Assembly (NCBI GenBank): GCA_964036045.1
Contig: OZ038378.1
Span: 189,844,001 to 189,908,000, forward strand
DNA: 64,000 nucleotides
Reading direction: 5' to 3'
From: Eutreptiella sp. 'Long Island Sound 2002'
Lineage: Eukaryota > Protista > Euglenida
Shown: in pieces, positions 44,428-55,825 of the stretch
How positions within the stretch are numbered: position 1 is the stretch's first letter
How the letters are laid out: each line of letters opens with the position of its first letter
Notes under the pieces: model-generated
The model's database searches: none
The model's input: the letters and a program-made list of their open reading frames with translations, nothing else
What the model was told of the DNA's origin: nothing
Position numbers and translations under genes: made by a program

Positions 44428-47400
44428 ATGATGGAAGGACTCGAAAGCGTGGTAGCAGAGCAGGATGCTCTTGCTCACCTCAACTCACAACTTAAGTCCA
44501 GAGCACAACCTTGTCCCTTGAAAGAGGAATTCATGTACACGCCTCAAAAGGAAGTGGACCCGGACGAGCTACCGGATATCCAACCGCCAATGGCTCTTCA
44601 TTTTGATGACGGTAATACTCCTCAAGCCATTCCATTTCAAGCATTGGGTGAAGAAGAAATTCAACAACATGATCCTATGACTTTGTTGAATAGTCATGAT
44701 GAGGCTATTGAAGCTTTGGGCTCGGTGATTGATCAATTGGTTGGGTTTACCACTTCCCTTGCTCAACACAATCATGGGGAAGTTGGTAAGGCATTTGAGG
44801 ATCTTTCGCAACATCGTCGAGTGCTTGAACGGTTGAGGCTCAAGATCCGTCGACTCGTTGATCATGAGGAAAATACACAAGAGTATATGGTTGGTTTCGA
44901 CAATGTGTTGCAAAACTACATCCTTCCCACCTTGAAAAAATATTCCGCCGACATTCCGACGTTGCTTTCATTCAAGAAGATCTCTGAGAGCAAGCTGTCA
45001 ACCATTGAAGCCCATTTGACGTCCATGGAGAATTCTTTGAAGGATTGGAGTATGGAGATTTCCACGACAAAAAGTACGAGTGAATATGTTTCCCAACAAC
45101 ATGATCTTTTGTCCTCTTCGGTTTTGCAACTTCAACAACGAGTTGATCAAGTACAACAAAGTATGGGTCCTCTTTCAACATCCATGGGTGAAATTCGGTC
45201 ACAAATAAATTCATTGCAATCTCTCTCTTCTTCCGTGCATACGCTTGGCTTGCGAATGGATTCCATTGAGGGAAATATCAATTCTCGGTTTTCTGACATG
45301 GAGTCTTCCGTTAAGAGTAGTTTTGCCACGGAGCTCGGCTCGATGGAGAGTCGACTAAGGAATGAATTTCAATCCCAATTTGCTTCGTTTGATTTTGCAA
45401 GGTTTCAACAACATATTGAAGTTACGAATTTGAAACTGTCGTCGTTTGAAGAACAATTGGTGAATGTTGGTTATTTGCATTCTTTTGCATTGCTTTCATC
45501 GCGATTGGAGAGGAATGAAAAATTCCTCAATGAACTACAACCTCAAATAGCGATGACTCAAGTGTGGAGTAGGCGTTTAGACACTTTTGGTGCTCAATTG
45601 GACGAATTTCGAAGAATACAAGCCTCTCTTCCTACTCTTAATGTGAAGGTTAACGAGCTTGAGTCACAAATGAGTAGTGTTTTGTCGTGGAATTCTCGTT
45701 TGGGTGCCGTTGAGGGAGATGTTATTGGTTTCAAGTCGCATTTGGAATTAATTGACAATACACCTCCGCCGCCGCCCTTACCTTCGAAGGATGGGGCCTC
45801 TTCCACCGCCTTTGATTCATTACACAGACGTGTATCGGCGTTGGAATCCCGTCTCAATCCTTTGCATGATTCTTTTTTGCAGTGCACTTCTCGTTTACAT
45901 GCATTGCAATCTTCAATAGAGAGTCACAAGGAAGTATCTATTCGATCAATGGAGCAAATTCAAGAAAAAAATTCGAAACTGGAGATTTCCCATGGAGGTA
46001 TGCGGAGCGAGTTCGAGGTTGTTGTGGGAAAATTAGGCGTCTTGACAGCCCGAGTGGAAGAATTCAATGGGGAAGCGTTTTTGCGACGCTTTCCCATAAA
46101 TGAGATCGCCCGCCCTCAATTGGATTCACTTGCTCAAACAGCATTGGATGCCTTACATTCTTGCGAGGCTAAAGTACAATTTGCTTTGGAGAATTTTATT
46201 GTATCTCCCGAGGCATTCCAATCCATGTTTGAGGGCTGTTTTTCACACCCCCGTTCGTCCTTTTGTGGCGAAGTGAGCGATCTCTTTGTTAATCGCATTT
46301 GCGAATCCCTTTCCACCTTCCAACCTGTGCCTACTATCCTTTCTCGCCTTACTAAGGTCGAAGAAGAAGTGAGTGCATGGGCCGAATGGAAAGGAGATGA
46401 AACAATTCCACCCGATAAGACTGTTGAGGTATCCCACACTCCCTCTTCCTCCTCTGCATATCATGGTTCATTGGTAGAACACGAGAAAAAGGAAGCACCA
46501 CATTTGGCGGGGGGTGGGGAGACAAGGCCATCGGTGTCTGAGCCTCTGGCCGGTTGTGGATTGCCTTCCCATAAACTGCCGCCTCAATTCCTGGATTCAC
46601 AATTTTTGCGCATTCATCCGGTCTTTGAAGCTATGGCCACCGGTAAGATGGAATTATTTCGACGCGACCCCATTCGGGACGTGCCGGTTGAGAAGATTTT
46701 CTTGGACCGCTGGTCTTTTGCATCTTTTGTAATTAATGCTTCCAAGGCTAGCTTAGGGCAAGACGCTGTCCGTGATTATGTTAAAAGGAATCCAGAGGCC
46801 GCCCCCCTGATTAATGAGGTTGACCTAAAGCAAGGCCCCGAACCCAAGGACATCCTCTGGTCTTCCATTTCTCGTGATTGGTATTTGTTGGATAATGACA
46901 CAAAGAAAGACATTAAGGATAAGTTGAAACGTCCTACTTGGAAATTGGAGGATCCTGGACACCCACCCACTTGGCCTTCTTTCAAGCGGGAATGGGTCCT
47001 ATTCGCGGCTTATTGGAAGCCGCGTGTCCCGGAGGTAATCATGACCCATACACTTCTTTTCTCCTTGCCAGAGGCCAAAAAGGAATTGTATGGGGCCCTG
47101 CACAAGCATTTGGGCTGGGATTATGATCATATCTGGGATGATCTGGTGATTAGAGGCTCTGATCAGGAGGATCGTGGAGATTTGGGTGATCTATGGCTAT
47201 CCAAACAGCCACCAAAAGAGAAAACTGTGGATGGGCACACACAATGGGTCACTATCTGGTGTCTGCATGGCCAGCGTGCATCCCCTGTTACCTCTGAGCG
47301 GGCACGTGACGTTTTTGTGCAAGCGCTCGTGAATCATGGGTCGTACGAACAGGAAATGAATGAGGTCTACCGCATTCAGCGGCAGACCGGCAAAGAATTG

Positions 47401-47973
47401 GATTGGTCAATGATTCATCGTGTTGTTCTCTGGGAAATGATCTGGCGTGAACAGGCTTTTAAGGAGAAGCTCAGGGCACAGACTTTGGCGAAAGGTGGTT
47501 CTGTGCCGTTGCAAGTGGCACCTGGGGTGGGGTGCACCCACTGTCGACCCCAGGACCATGTTGCCGTCAACTGCAGGGCTGCAGGAGCACCTCCTGGTAA
47601 AGGTAAAGGTGGCCCGACTATTCCCAAGGGGAGAGGTAAAGGATCTTCGGGGTCACTGCTACCCCCAGGGTGCGATGCCTGGTCGGAGCTTAAAAGGAAA
47701 GCTTTTGATTCCCTGGTAGCTAGTTTGGCTGAGAATCTTACTGCAGGTCACTGTGGGTGGTTGGGATCTCCAGACCACAGGGCCCCACAGTGTCCATCTC
47801 AGAAGTCACTGTCTAAGCCAGGTAACCCCAAGGCGTCCGCCGGACCCCAGCCTGAGGCTGGACCCCGTGCCAAGCCGTCTCCAAATGATGGTGGAGGATT
47901 GTCCCCTAAGCCCCCCTCCCAGAGTGGAGATGGGGGGAGGGGGTGGCAAGGGAAACGGCAAAGGCAAGGGTAA
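44428..47973 (+). CDS. Large Gag-like protein
   Basis: 1181 codons; long heptad-rich N-terminal half; zinc knuckle CTHCRPQDHVAVNC plus an eroded second knuckle; G/K-rich tail. Confidence 0.8.
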   Translation: MMEGLESVVAEQDALAHLNSQLKSRAQPCPLKEEFMYTPQKEVDPDELPDIQPPMALHFDDGNTPQAIPFQALGEEEIQQHDPMTLLNSHDEAIEALGSVIDQLVGFTTSLAQHNHGEVGKAFEDLSQHRRVLERLRLKIRRLVDHEENTQEYMVGFDNVLQNYILPTLKKYSADIPTLLSFKKISESKLSTIEAHLTSMENSLKDWSMEISTTKSTSEYVSQQHDLLSSSVLQLQQRVDQVQQSMGPLSTSMGEIRSQINSLQSLSSSVHTLGLRMDSIEGNINSRFSDMESSVKSSFATELGSMESRLRNEFQSQFASFDFARFQQHIEVTNLKLSSFEEQLVNVGYLHSFALLSSRLERNEKFLNELQPQIAMTQVWSRRLDTFGAQLDEFRRIQASLPTLNVKVNELESQMSSVLSWNSRLGAVEGDVIGFKSHLELIDNTPPPPPLPSKDGASSTAFDSLHRRVSALESRLNPLHDSFLQCTSRLHALQSSIESHKEVSIRSMEQIQEKNSKLEISHGGMRSEFEVVVGKLGVLTARVEEFNGEAFLRRFPINEIARPQLDSLAQTALDALHSCEAKVQFALENFIVSPEAFQSMFEGCFSHPRSSFCGEVSDLFVNRICESLSTFQPVPTILSRLTKVEEEVSAWAEWKGDETIPPDKTVEVSHTPSSSSAYHGSLVEHEKKEAPHLAGGGETRPSVSEPLAGCGLPSHKLPPQFLDSQFLRIHPVFEAMATGKMELFRRDPIRDVPVEKIFLDRWSFASFVINASKASLGQDAVRDYVKRNPEAAPLINEVDLKQGPEPKDILWSSISRDWYLLDNDTKKDIKDKLKRPTWKLEDPGHPPTWPSFKREWVLFAAYWKPRVPEVIMTHTLLFSLPEAKKELYGALHKHLGWDYDHIWDDLVIRGSDQEDRGDLGDLWLSKQPPKEKTVDGHTQWVTIWCLHGQRASPVTSERARDVFVQALVNHGSYEQEMNEVYRIQRQTGKELDWSMIHRVVLWEMIWREQAFKEKLRAQTLAKGGSVPLQVAPGVGCTHCRPQDHVAVNCRAAGAPPGKGKGGPTIPKGRGKGSSGSLLPPGCDAWSELKRKAFDSLVASLAENLTAGHCGWLGSPDHRAPQCPSQKSLSKPGNPKASAGPQPEAGPRAKPSPNDGGGLSPKPPSQSGDGGRGWQGKRQRQG

Positions 47974-48016
47974 TGGTAAGGGCAAGGGTAAGGGCAAGGC
48001 TTAGGGTTGTCAGAGG

Positions 48017-51000
48017 GTGTCGGTGAATCATTGTCTGGTGCGGCGCGAGGGTGAAACGACTGATTTCGCCCTGGTTCAATCATCAATGACCCCGTCGGGG
48101 CTCCCTTCTGTTAATGAACCGACTGGGTCACGACCGTTTCAGGTCTGCTTAACGTGTGTTGATGTGCCCGCCTGTCCTGCATCTGCGGATCGGCTTGGGG
48201 GCACTTTGGTGTGCCGCACCAAGGTAGCGCGGGTGAAAGCCCGGCTGCCGCAACCGGTCCACGGCAAGGCCACTGAGTTAATCGTACCAGCCACTGTCCA
48301 GCTTTCTAATTGTGAAGGCTGTGACCGCAGGGTGTCGCTTTTGCCCGATGATGGCTGTGAGGTCTTTGCCCTGGCGCCGTTTGATTTCTTTCCAGCGGGG
48401 ACTCTGATTCCAGCCCGTTGCCCCCTGAAAATTGTTGCCATTGAAGGTAGTAACATCAGGAGAGGCACACAGTGCCAGCTCGGAATTCTTCAGGGCTGGA
48501 GGAGCTCATTCATTGCAAGCGGGCCTTTGTGTACGCGGCCGACGTGCGTGGAGGCCTTGTTGTAGGGTACCCATTTTTGAAGGCATATGGGCTCTGTGTT
48601 GAGCCAGTTGCCGATTGCCTGCGGGACGACCCGTCACAGTCACTGTCGGTGTCTCCTGCAAGTTCAGAGTTAGTACAGGATAATTCTGACAAACAGGGTG
48701 ATGTACAGTGTGCATGTGTTTCACACTCTGCTCTCCATTCAGTCTCTGGGTCTGATCCAGGGGTATTGTTGGACGGCGTTTTGCAGTTGTTTTTTCCGGG
48801 GGACGCCTTGGAGACTTTGCATCTGCGCCCACTCCGTCCATTTTGCCTGTGGTCCCGCCTTTTTTGAGTATGAGCCCATATATTTTTGCATGCACGCTTG
48901 CATGCCGTTATTTATGCTCTTTCTTTCTGTTTTCTGGAATGTACCTTTCTACAGTGCTGTGGGGTACGCTGATGTGGACACCTTGGACTTCTGCGGCCTC
49001 GTCGTCTGGTTCGCAACTTGCGAGAATTTCTGCAGGTTCCTGTTCTTGTGGTGTGGGGTGTAAGTGTGTAGATGGGTGTGTGGAGTTGGGGCTGCGCGGC
49101 GCGTGGTCAATACCCATGCATCCAGAACTTATTCCACCGCCGCTGTGCGCCTGTGAGGACCCTGCAGTCAGGTGTCCCTGCGCTGTTTCGCCTGTGCCAG
49201 CAGCGCCTTCAAATTGTCCTCCTTTGTTGCCGCCGCCAGAATTTGTGCGGCGTTCCATTGTACATAGTGCTGAGGCCACTGACGATGAGTCTGATGGCAT
49301 TTCTGATTTGGAGTCCGATAGTGGCTCTGACGCTGGGGTCGTCCTGGAGCAGGACAAGCCCCCTGATTCGTTTGCTGCAGGCTGGGGTCATTCTCAGTTT
49401 TATGGGGGAGCGTGGACTGCGTCCCCTGGTGATTTTACAAGTCATGCCGTGCCTGTTACAGTTGGACCAGCCCTGCCGGAGAGAGATGATCCCCTTCTTG
49501 CTAGGGGTCTAGCTGTCAGTTCAGTACAGGATGATTTTTTTGCTTCCCGTGTTCCTCACAGTGCTGCTTCCTCTGAGGGGTGGACAGCTCATGAGCGCCT
49601 GGTTCATGAGAAAAAACGGTTCCGTATGACTGCCAAATATGTGTATGCCCGTGATCGGGCCTTCCTGGATTCCTCCGTGCGCGAGGATATTTTGTCATGG
49701 GCTGGATTGGCCTCTGATCGGAAGTCTATTCGTGAATTGTTCCCTGGGAGTTTGGATTCCTCCTTCAGGCCTTTGTTGTCTGGTGGTAAGGCAGATGTGT
49801 GGAATACGTGTTGGTCTGCCCCGTTGCTGTGGGTACAGGCCCCCCGGGCGAAATGGGGGGCTGCGCTACAAAAAGCTTTGGTTGATCAAGCCAAAGGTAT
49901 TGCCGTAATCCCGGTGGACAAGGCCAAGTCTTGGTTCTGGGCCCTGGGTGAGGTAGCGGTAGACTGGTGGGATATCCCCCATCATTTGCCCATTTTTTCT
50001 GACGCTGAAGGATGGAGGTACCCATAGCAAAAGGGTGTGACCACCCGTGTGGTGTTGTTTGATGCGTTTGGGAATGAGCAAGGGGATGACAAGCCGACTG
50101 AGGGGTGGGATGATGTCCAGCCGGGCGAGCAGCCTGGCGGGGGTGGGTACCAGTCACGGGTGAACGTGAAGCGGCTGCATGCCCTACATCCTGATTCTCC
50201 CCGTTATCATGCGGTTGAGACACGCTCAATCCGAGGTGCTGTTGAAGTCGACCAACTGGATGAGCGTCGCCAGCATTATAGGGAGTTGCTCGAAAAAGAG
50301 TTTGCTGATGTTTTCTCATTCCCAAATGTAACGGACGTTCCCGATGACCTCAGGGGCCCACACTCCATGCATCAGATTAAGCTGAAGGACGGAAGTAAGC
50401 CCCAGAAGTGTAGTCCCATTAGGCTGGCGGGGCTCAGGGAGGCTGCATTTCACTCCCAGATTCATAAGTTTGAGTCGAGAGGTATGCTGAAAACCTCTGA
50501 GTCAGAATGGGGTGCGCGGGCATTTATAGTCTGCAAACCGGGCGTCAACAAATGGCGCCTGGTTATTGACTACAGATACCTCAACACCTGCATCTCTGAC
50601 GATGCACACCCCCTGCCCTTGATTGAGGACATGGTGGCACGACAGAGTGGAAATGCACTGTGGTCCGTCTTTGACTTAGAAGACATATTCCATCAGATGC
50701 ATCTCCACGGTGACAGTCAGCCGCTGACGGCCTTTGTCACGCCGTGGGGGTTTTATGAGTGGACGGTATTGCCGATGGGCCTGAAAACGGCCCCATCGGC
50801 ATACCAGAGGTTGGTGAGTTGGTGTCTCCGGGATTTTACTCGGAGGTATGGCACTGAGCCGTACATTGACGATGTGTGTGATGGAACCGCGGATAAAGAT
50901 AATCCGGATCCGGTGGACTTGGATGCCCCATTAAGTGATACGTGTTTGCAGGAGCATTTTTCTCAATTGCGGGAAGTTTTTCTGCTCATGAGAAGGTATC

Positions 51001-53333
51001 GTCTCACCATTAAACCGGGTAAGTTTGTTTTGTTCGCTACCCGGGTGAAGTTTTGTGGTCATGTGCTCATGAGGGGGCGGAGGGCACCGGATCCAGAGAA
51101 GACAGCTGCGGTGATGCGCCCGGATTGATGCGCAATTAAGACACCCGAGCACATGAAGGCTTTCCTAGGGTTTACTCAGTGGTACTCCCTCTATGTGCGG
51201 GGTTATGCTAAGTTAGCGGCGCCACTGATGGAGTCATTGAAGGGCCTGGATGTGACTAAGAAGCAACGAAAGGAGAGTAAGGCTTCGCGTAAAAACCAGT
51301 CCACATCAGGCCCAGATTTGACCCCCCAGGAAGCTGCCAAATCCCGTAATGAGATTTTTTGGACCGAAGAGATGAAGCGATGTTTTGAGGAGCTGAAAAT
51401 CCGTACTCGGGATGGGGCAGTTTTACATCAGCCTGACATGAATGCACCCTTTTACTTGCGGTGTGACTCGTCCACCTACGCGGTGGGTGGTGTGATCGAG
51501 CAAATGGGGTCTGCAGGTAGTCTGCGGCCTGTGGCTTTCTTTTCTAGGAAGCTGCAGGGAAAAGTGGGGTATGGTCAGCGGGGCTGGTCCATACGGGAAA
51601 AGGAGACGTACGCCATTGTGGCTACGTTATACAAGTTTCGCAGTTGGCTGCGTAATTCCCCCATCAAGGTTCAGGTGCTCACTGATCACGAGTCGCTGTA
51701 GCAGTGGCACACTGAGCAGTTGGATACAATGGCTGGCCCCATTGGTAGGCGTGGCCGTTGGCATCAGTTTTTATCCACCTTTGACATAGAAGTCATTTAT
51801 GTCAAATGTGAGGATCAGCAGGTGCCTCATATTTTGTCACGTTGGAGTTACCCTGCGCATCAGGCAGCACCTGATGTCAGCATACATGGGTGTGAGACTG
51901 ATGTTTCCGGTTGGGAGCAGGATGAACAGGAGGTGAAGGCCTGGGCTGATTCTGAGTTGCAATTCTCTCGGCGGGTGCGGCGTTGGGTGCGGTCAATAGG
52001 CGGAACGCCCTCCTGTAGGTCCAGGCCTGTTGAAGGCCGCCTCCGGGCCTTACAGACTGGTCTGAAAAATCAGTGCTGGAGTCCCAACTCGTTTGCTTCT
52101 GCTACTGTGCATTCTCCTGATGCCTTGCTGCTTGGTGATTTGCCTGTTGCTTCTCTCAGGAGTGGTAGAGCGCATCCTAAGGCTGTCCCGAAATTGGCAG
52201 CTGATGTACAGGTGCTGTTCGATGACTGGACAGACTCCTATTTGGCAGATCCAGATTTGGCAGGTAAGTTCGCTGCACTCAGTTCAGGCATTTCATTCTG
52301 GCGGGATTACCTGCCGCAGCATGTGATTTCTGGCAACAAGCTGCGCTGTGCAGGAAAAATTTTAGTACGTGCTGCCCTCGTGCCGCGGGTGATGGCTGCT
52401 GTACATAGTTACATGCATGGGGGCATAGAGAAGACATATTAGTTGGTGCTACGGCATTTTTCTGTGCCCAGTTTGAAGCTTGATGATCTGTATGCCGCTG
52501 TTAAGACTCACTGTGATGCCTGTCATGTCTATCAGCAGTCCAAGCCACGTGTAGGGGTTCACCCAGACTCCTCGCACTATTATCCGATCCCGGATGAGCC
52601 TTTCAGTAGCTTGGCGCTTGATTTTCTGGGTTTGAAGTCTGTTGATGTCAACAGTGTACAGTATGACTGTTGTATGGTTGTTGGTTGTCGCCTCACAGGC
52701 TATGTGTTGGCGATCCCCTGTGCCAAGGCTGGCCTTGATAGTAGGCAGGCTGCTGAACTTTTCCTTTGCCATTGTGTGTTTTTTATGGGTTTGCCTCAGA
52801 AGTTTCTGTGTGATAATGCTTCTATCCTTAATCCTGATTTCCTCACCACGGTGGCGGAGTTGTCGGGGATAGAAGAATATCACAGTGTTATATACAGGCA
52901 TAACAGCAATGGTAGGGTGGAGTCAGGGGTACAGGGGGTCATGATGGCGCTCCGTAAGTATTTGTGTCAGCTTGGGCGTGATTGGTATCATGCATTGCCT
53001 GTGGCGGTGTGGGGCCTCAACGATCTGCCCGGGATCGTGGCCCCGTATTCCCCACACCGCCTGCTGTTTGGGAGGGACCCTGCTGGCTTTGAGGACTGTC
53101 CTCCGTATGTGTCGGAGGAGGGCAGCGAGGACGCCCTGGATTTTTTTTCGCGTCTGGCAGATGAGCGTCAGCACGTGAAAAGCAAGCTGGAGTCCCTGCA
53201 TGCGGCTGTGGCCAAGCGATTCTCGTCCTCCATTTCTCCGCTGAGCTTTGAAGAGGGTGATAGAGTTTGGTTGAGGGATCAGCCTAAGGCGGAGCAAAAA
53301 TTTTTTGATAAGCTGAAGCGGGTTTGGCGTGGT
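48017..53333 (+). pseudogene. pol: protease remnant, Dam-like remnant, RT, RNase H, integrase
   Basis: LVVGYPFL (PR); WRLVIDYRYLN and PYIDD (RT); LRCDSSTYAVG and VLTDHESL (RH); CDAC, LALDF, FLCDNA and SNGRVES (IN). In-frame stops at 50025, 51126, 51699 and 52440; frameshifts in the PR region. Confidence 0.92.
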
Positions 53334-54432
53334 GACTACGTTCAATCGACTTTGCACAAAATGCATCGCTGCATCTTGGGCCACCTTTGACTTTGGGTTC
53401 ACGTACATCCGGGACACATTGGCAGGAACACAATAACAATCCACAATGGAGTGGAAACGAAAAAGTTTGTCAGGTTCCATTGAAGCACCCCGGAGATTGG
53501 AGGGAGACAAGCATTCATTATCCAAAACATCAGCAACAAAGCCATCAACAAATCTATGATGCCTGTGACGAACTTGCACATTGCTCATTAACGTTTGCTG
53601 GACACTGGAACACTGATTTCGGTCCAGCAGGGTTGGTACAATACAGTACGTGTAATGTATTGTATCGTTCCGATACAGTACTGTAATGTAATGTATTGTA
53701 TCTCAAAATTTTCTGACAAAGTAGTGTTTTAGTTTACAACCTGCAATGGTTTGCGAAAACAGTTTTTTGCCTTTGTTTACGTTTTCTGGATACCTTTTGT
53801 TCTATATTTGTTTATGATGTTCAAGACAGGGTTGGGATTAACAAACGTTGCTTGTTAATTTTTTTTTGAAAATTAACGAACGAACGAACGAACGAACGAT
53901 GAAAATAAACGAACATCGTTTGTCAATTTTTTCCTTGTTCATGTTGTTTCGGTTTGCTTCTAATGGTTTACTTGCTTCTATTGTGCCCCTTCCTAGTTCT
54001 TTTTCAAAAAAAGTAGACTCACAATGTTTTTTGTGGACAAAATAATGTTTCGGATTTTTTTAAAAACCATTGTGCTTCTTTTGAAAAAAGAATAATTCAG
54101 ATATTTTTGAAAACCATTGCGTTCGAGATCAAGGCCCCAGGAATTCCAGCCTCACAAAGGCACCTGTCCCCAGGCTGACCACCAAATGGCCAAAAATGGC
54201 AAATGGCAAAAAGTGAGCAACCAGCAAAAAATAAAGCAAGCGCATGTATCTGTACAGCTGCTGCAGCACACATAACAGGTCCCTGGCGTCACTTGAAGCC
54301 TCTGTGCAGAAGTGAAATTTCGAGATTCAAATGACATCACTGAGATGCAGCAGCAAACTGACTGAGTCCACCATAAAGGGTCATATAAAGGACAACGAAG
54401 GCTCACTCAAAACTGTCGAGACAACAGAAGCG

Positions 54433-54797
54433 AGCGCGACGAACACTCAAACGACACTCACAGCACGCGCCGACACTCAAATGACACTCACAGCACGCGC
54501 CGACACTCAAATGACACTCACAGCACGCGCCGACATTCAAATGACACTCACAGCACGCGCCGACACTCAAATGACACTCGCAGCACGCGCCGACACTCAA
54601 ATGACACTCACAGCACGCGCCGACACTCAAAGGACACTCACAGCACGCGCCGACATTCAAATAACACTCACAACACGCGCCGACACTCAAATGACACTCA
54701 CAGCACGCGCCGACACTCAAATGACAATCACAGCATGCGCGAACACTCAAATGACACTCACAGCACGCGCGAACACTCAAGTGACACTGACAGCACC
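54433..54797. repeat. 30-bp minisatellite, about 12 copies
   Basis: Unit GACACTCAAATGACACTCACAGCACGCGCC. Confidence 0.95.
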
Positions 54798-55618
54798 TTC
54801 TTCCTTTTGTGCTCCTTCTTCGTCTTCTTTGTCTTCACTCCTCAGTCTTCTTCGCTGCTGCAGCTTCTCGATCTTCTTCTGTCTTCTTCTTAACGTCTCT
54901 TTGATCTCCTTCGCCTCTTCCGCTTCTTTCTTCTGTTCTTTCTCTCTTCATATTCTTCCCTCCTGTTCTTCTTCTCCTTCTTCTTCACTTGCTTCTTGTG
55001 AGGCCCTGCAAACGCAAGACAGGCAGTAAAATTCAACCACCAATGTTAATCAAACGAAATCCAAATTAAAATCATTGCAAATTCTATAAAGTACCTCACA
55101 TTTGCACGATCAATCCTTGGCCATGTTTGTTTGCTCAGCGGCGCCCGCGGCTGGCGCCAGATGCTAGCCTAGGAACAAGACGCGTACTGTATTGTATTCT
55201 CGCGATACAGTACGCGTGTATATACGTTACGCGTATATATACGCCGTCTTTTCCAACCCTGCGGTCCAGCCTTATGTCCTGCACACCCTGTCCTGCACCC
55301 TGTCCTTCGCTCTCCTTTTGGCTCGGACCAAGATGAGCTGGCGTAGGCTGCTCACTTCACAGTACTCGAGGTGACCCCTCGGGATCAAGGATCAGAGCTG
55401 TTCAGTGCTAGGATGATCCCACAAATGACTGTGGTAGCGGATCTGACACGTAGTGAGGATTAGCTGAGTCTGAAACCAGGCCATGCAGTGGGAGACTGCC
55501 ACGCCCGTAGGCTTCCCTGTGTGCATGAGGCACGATGACTGTAGGCTGAAAAGGACAGCGGTGTGAAGATTGAAGGCCGAGGTGAATGAGCAGGTTGCAT
55601 GTCATACACTATCAGAGT

Positions 55619-55825
55619 GAGAGGGGGATGACATTCAGGCACGATTGGTCAATCAGGGACAATGGGTCACTATTCGCTTGGGGTAGAGTGCACTGCTGTG
55701 GAGTGGTCGGTGACACACAGAAGAGGACTAAGATGGGAGTGAAGCGGTACCCAGAACCTATGGCCCATGGCCCGGAGGCCTGTGAGCCGTCACACCCGTG
55801 CGGAAGCCGTTGACACCGGCTGTCA
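55619..55825 (+). mobile_element. Orphan PPT plus 3' LTR (LTR about 55629-55825)
   Basis: GAGAGGGGGA followed by TGACA...TGTCA inverted termini. No second copy in the window. Confidence 0.6.

Larger units (their letters stand above)
44428..53333 (+). mobile_element. Ty3/Gypsy LTR retrotransposon body, decayed; LTRs not identified
   Basis: Order is gag - PR - MTase-like - RT - RNase H - integrase. Homology stops after KLKRVWRG near 53333. Confidence 0.92.

Noticed and set aside
44450-44461. TGGTAGCAGAGC as the primer-binding site of the plus-strand Gypsy
   Set aside because: It matches an initiator-Met PBS, but it lies inside the gag reading frame and is not preceded by an LTR-ending CA. Left unresolved.
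54331-55029. 232-aa TQMTLTARAD-repeat protein or 125-aa Cys-repeat protein
   Set aside because: Both frames are open only because the 30-bp unit lacks stops in them. There is no independent coding evidence.
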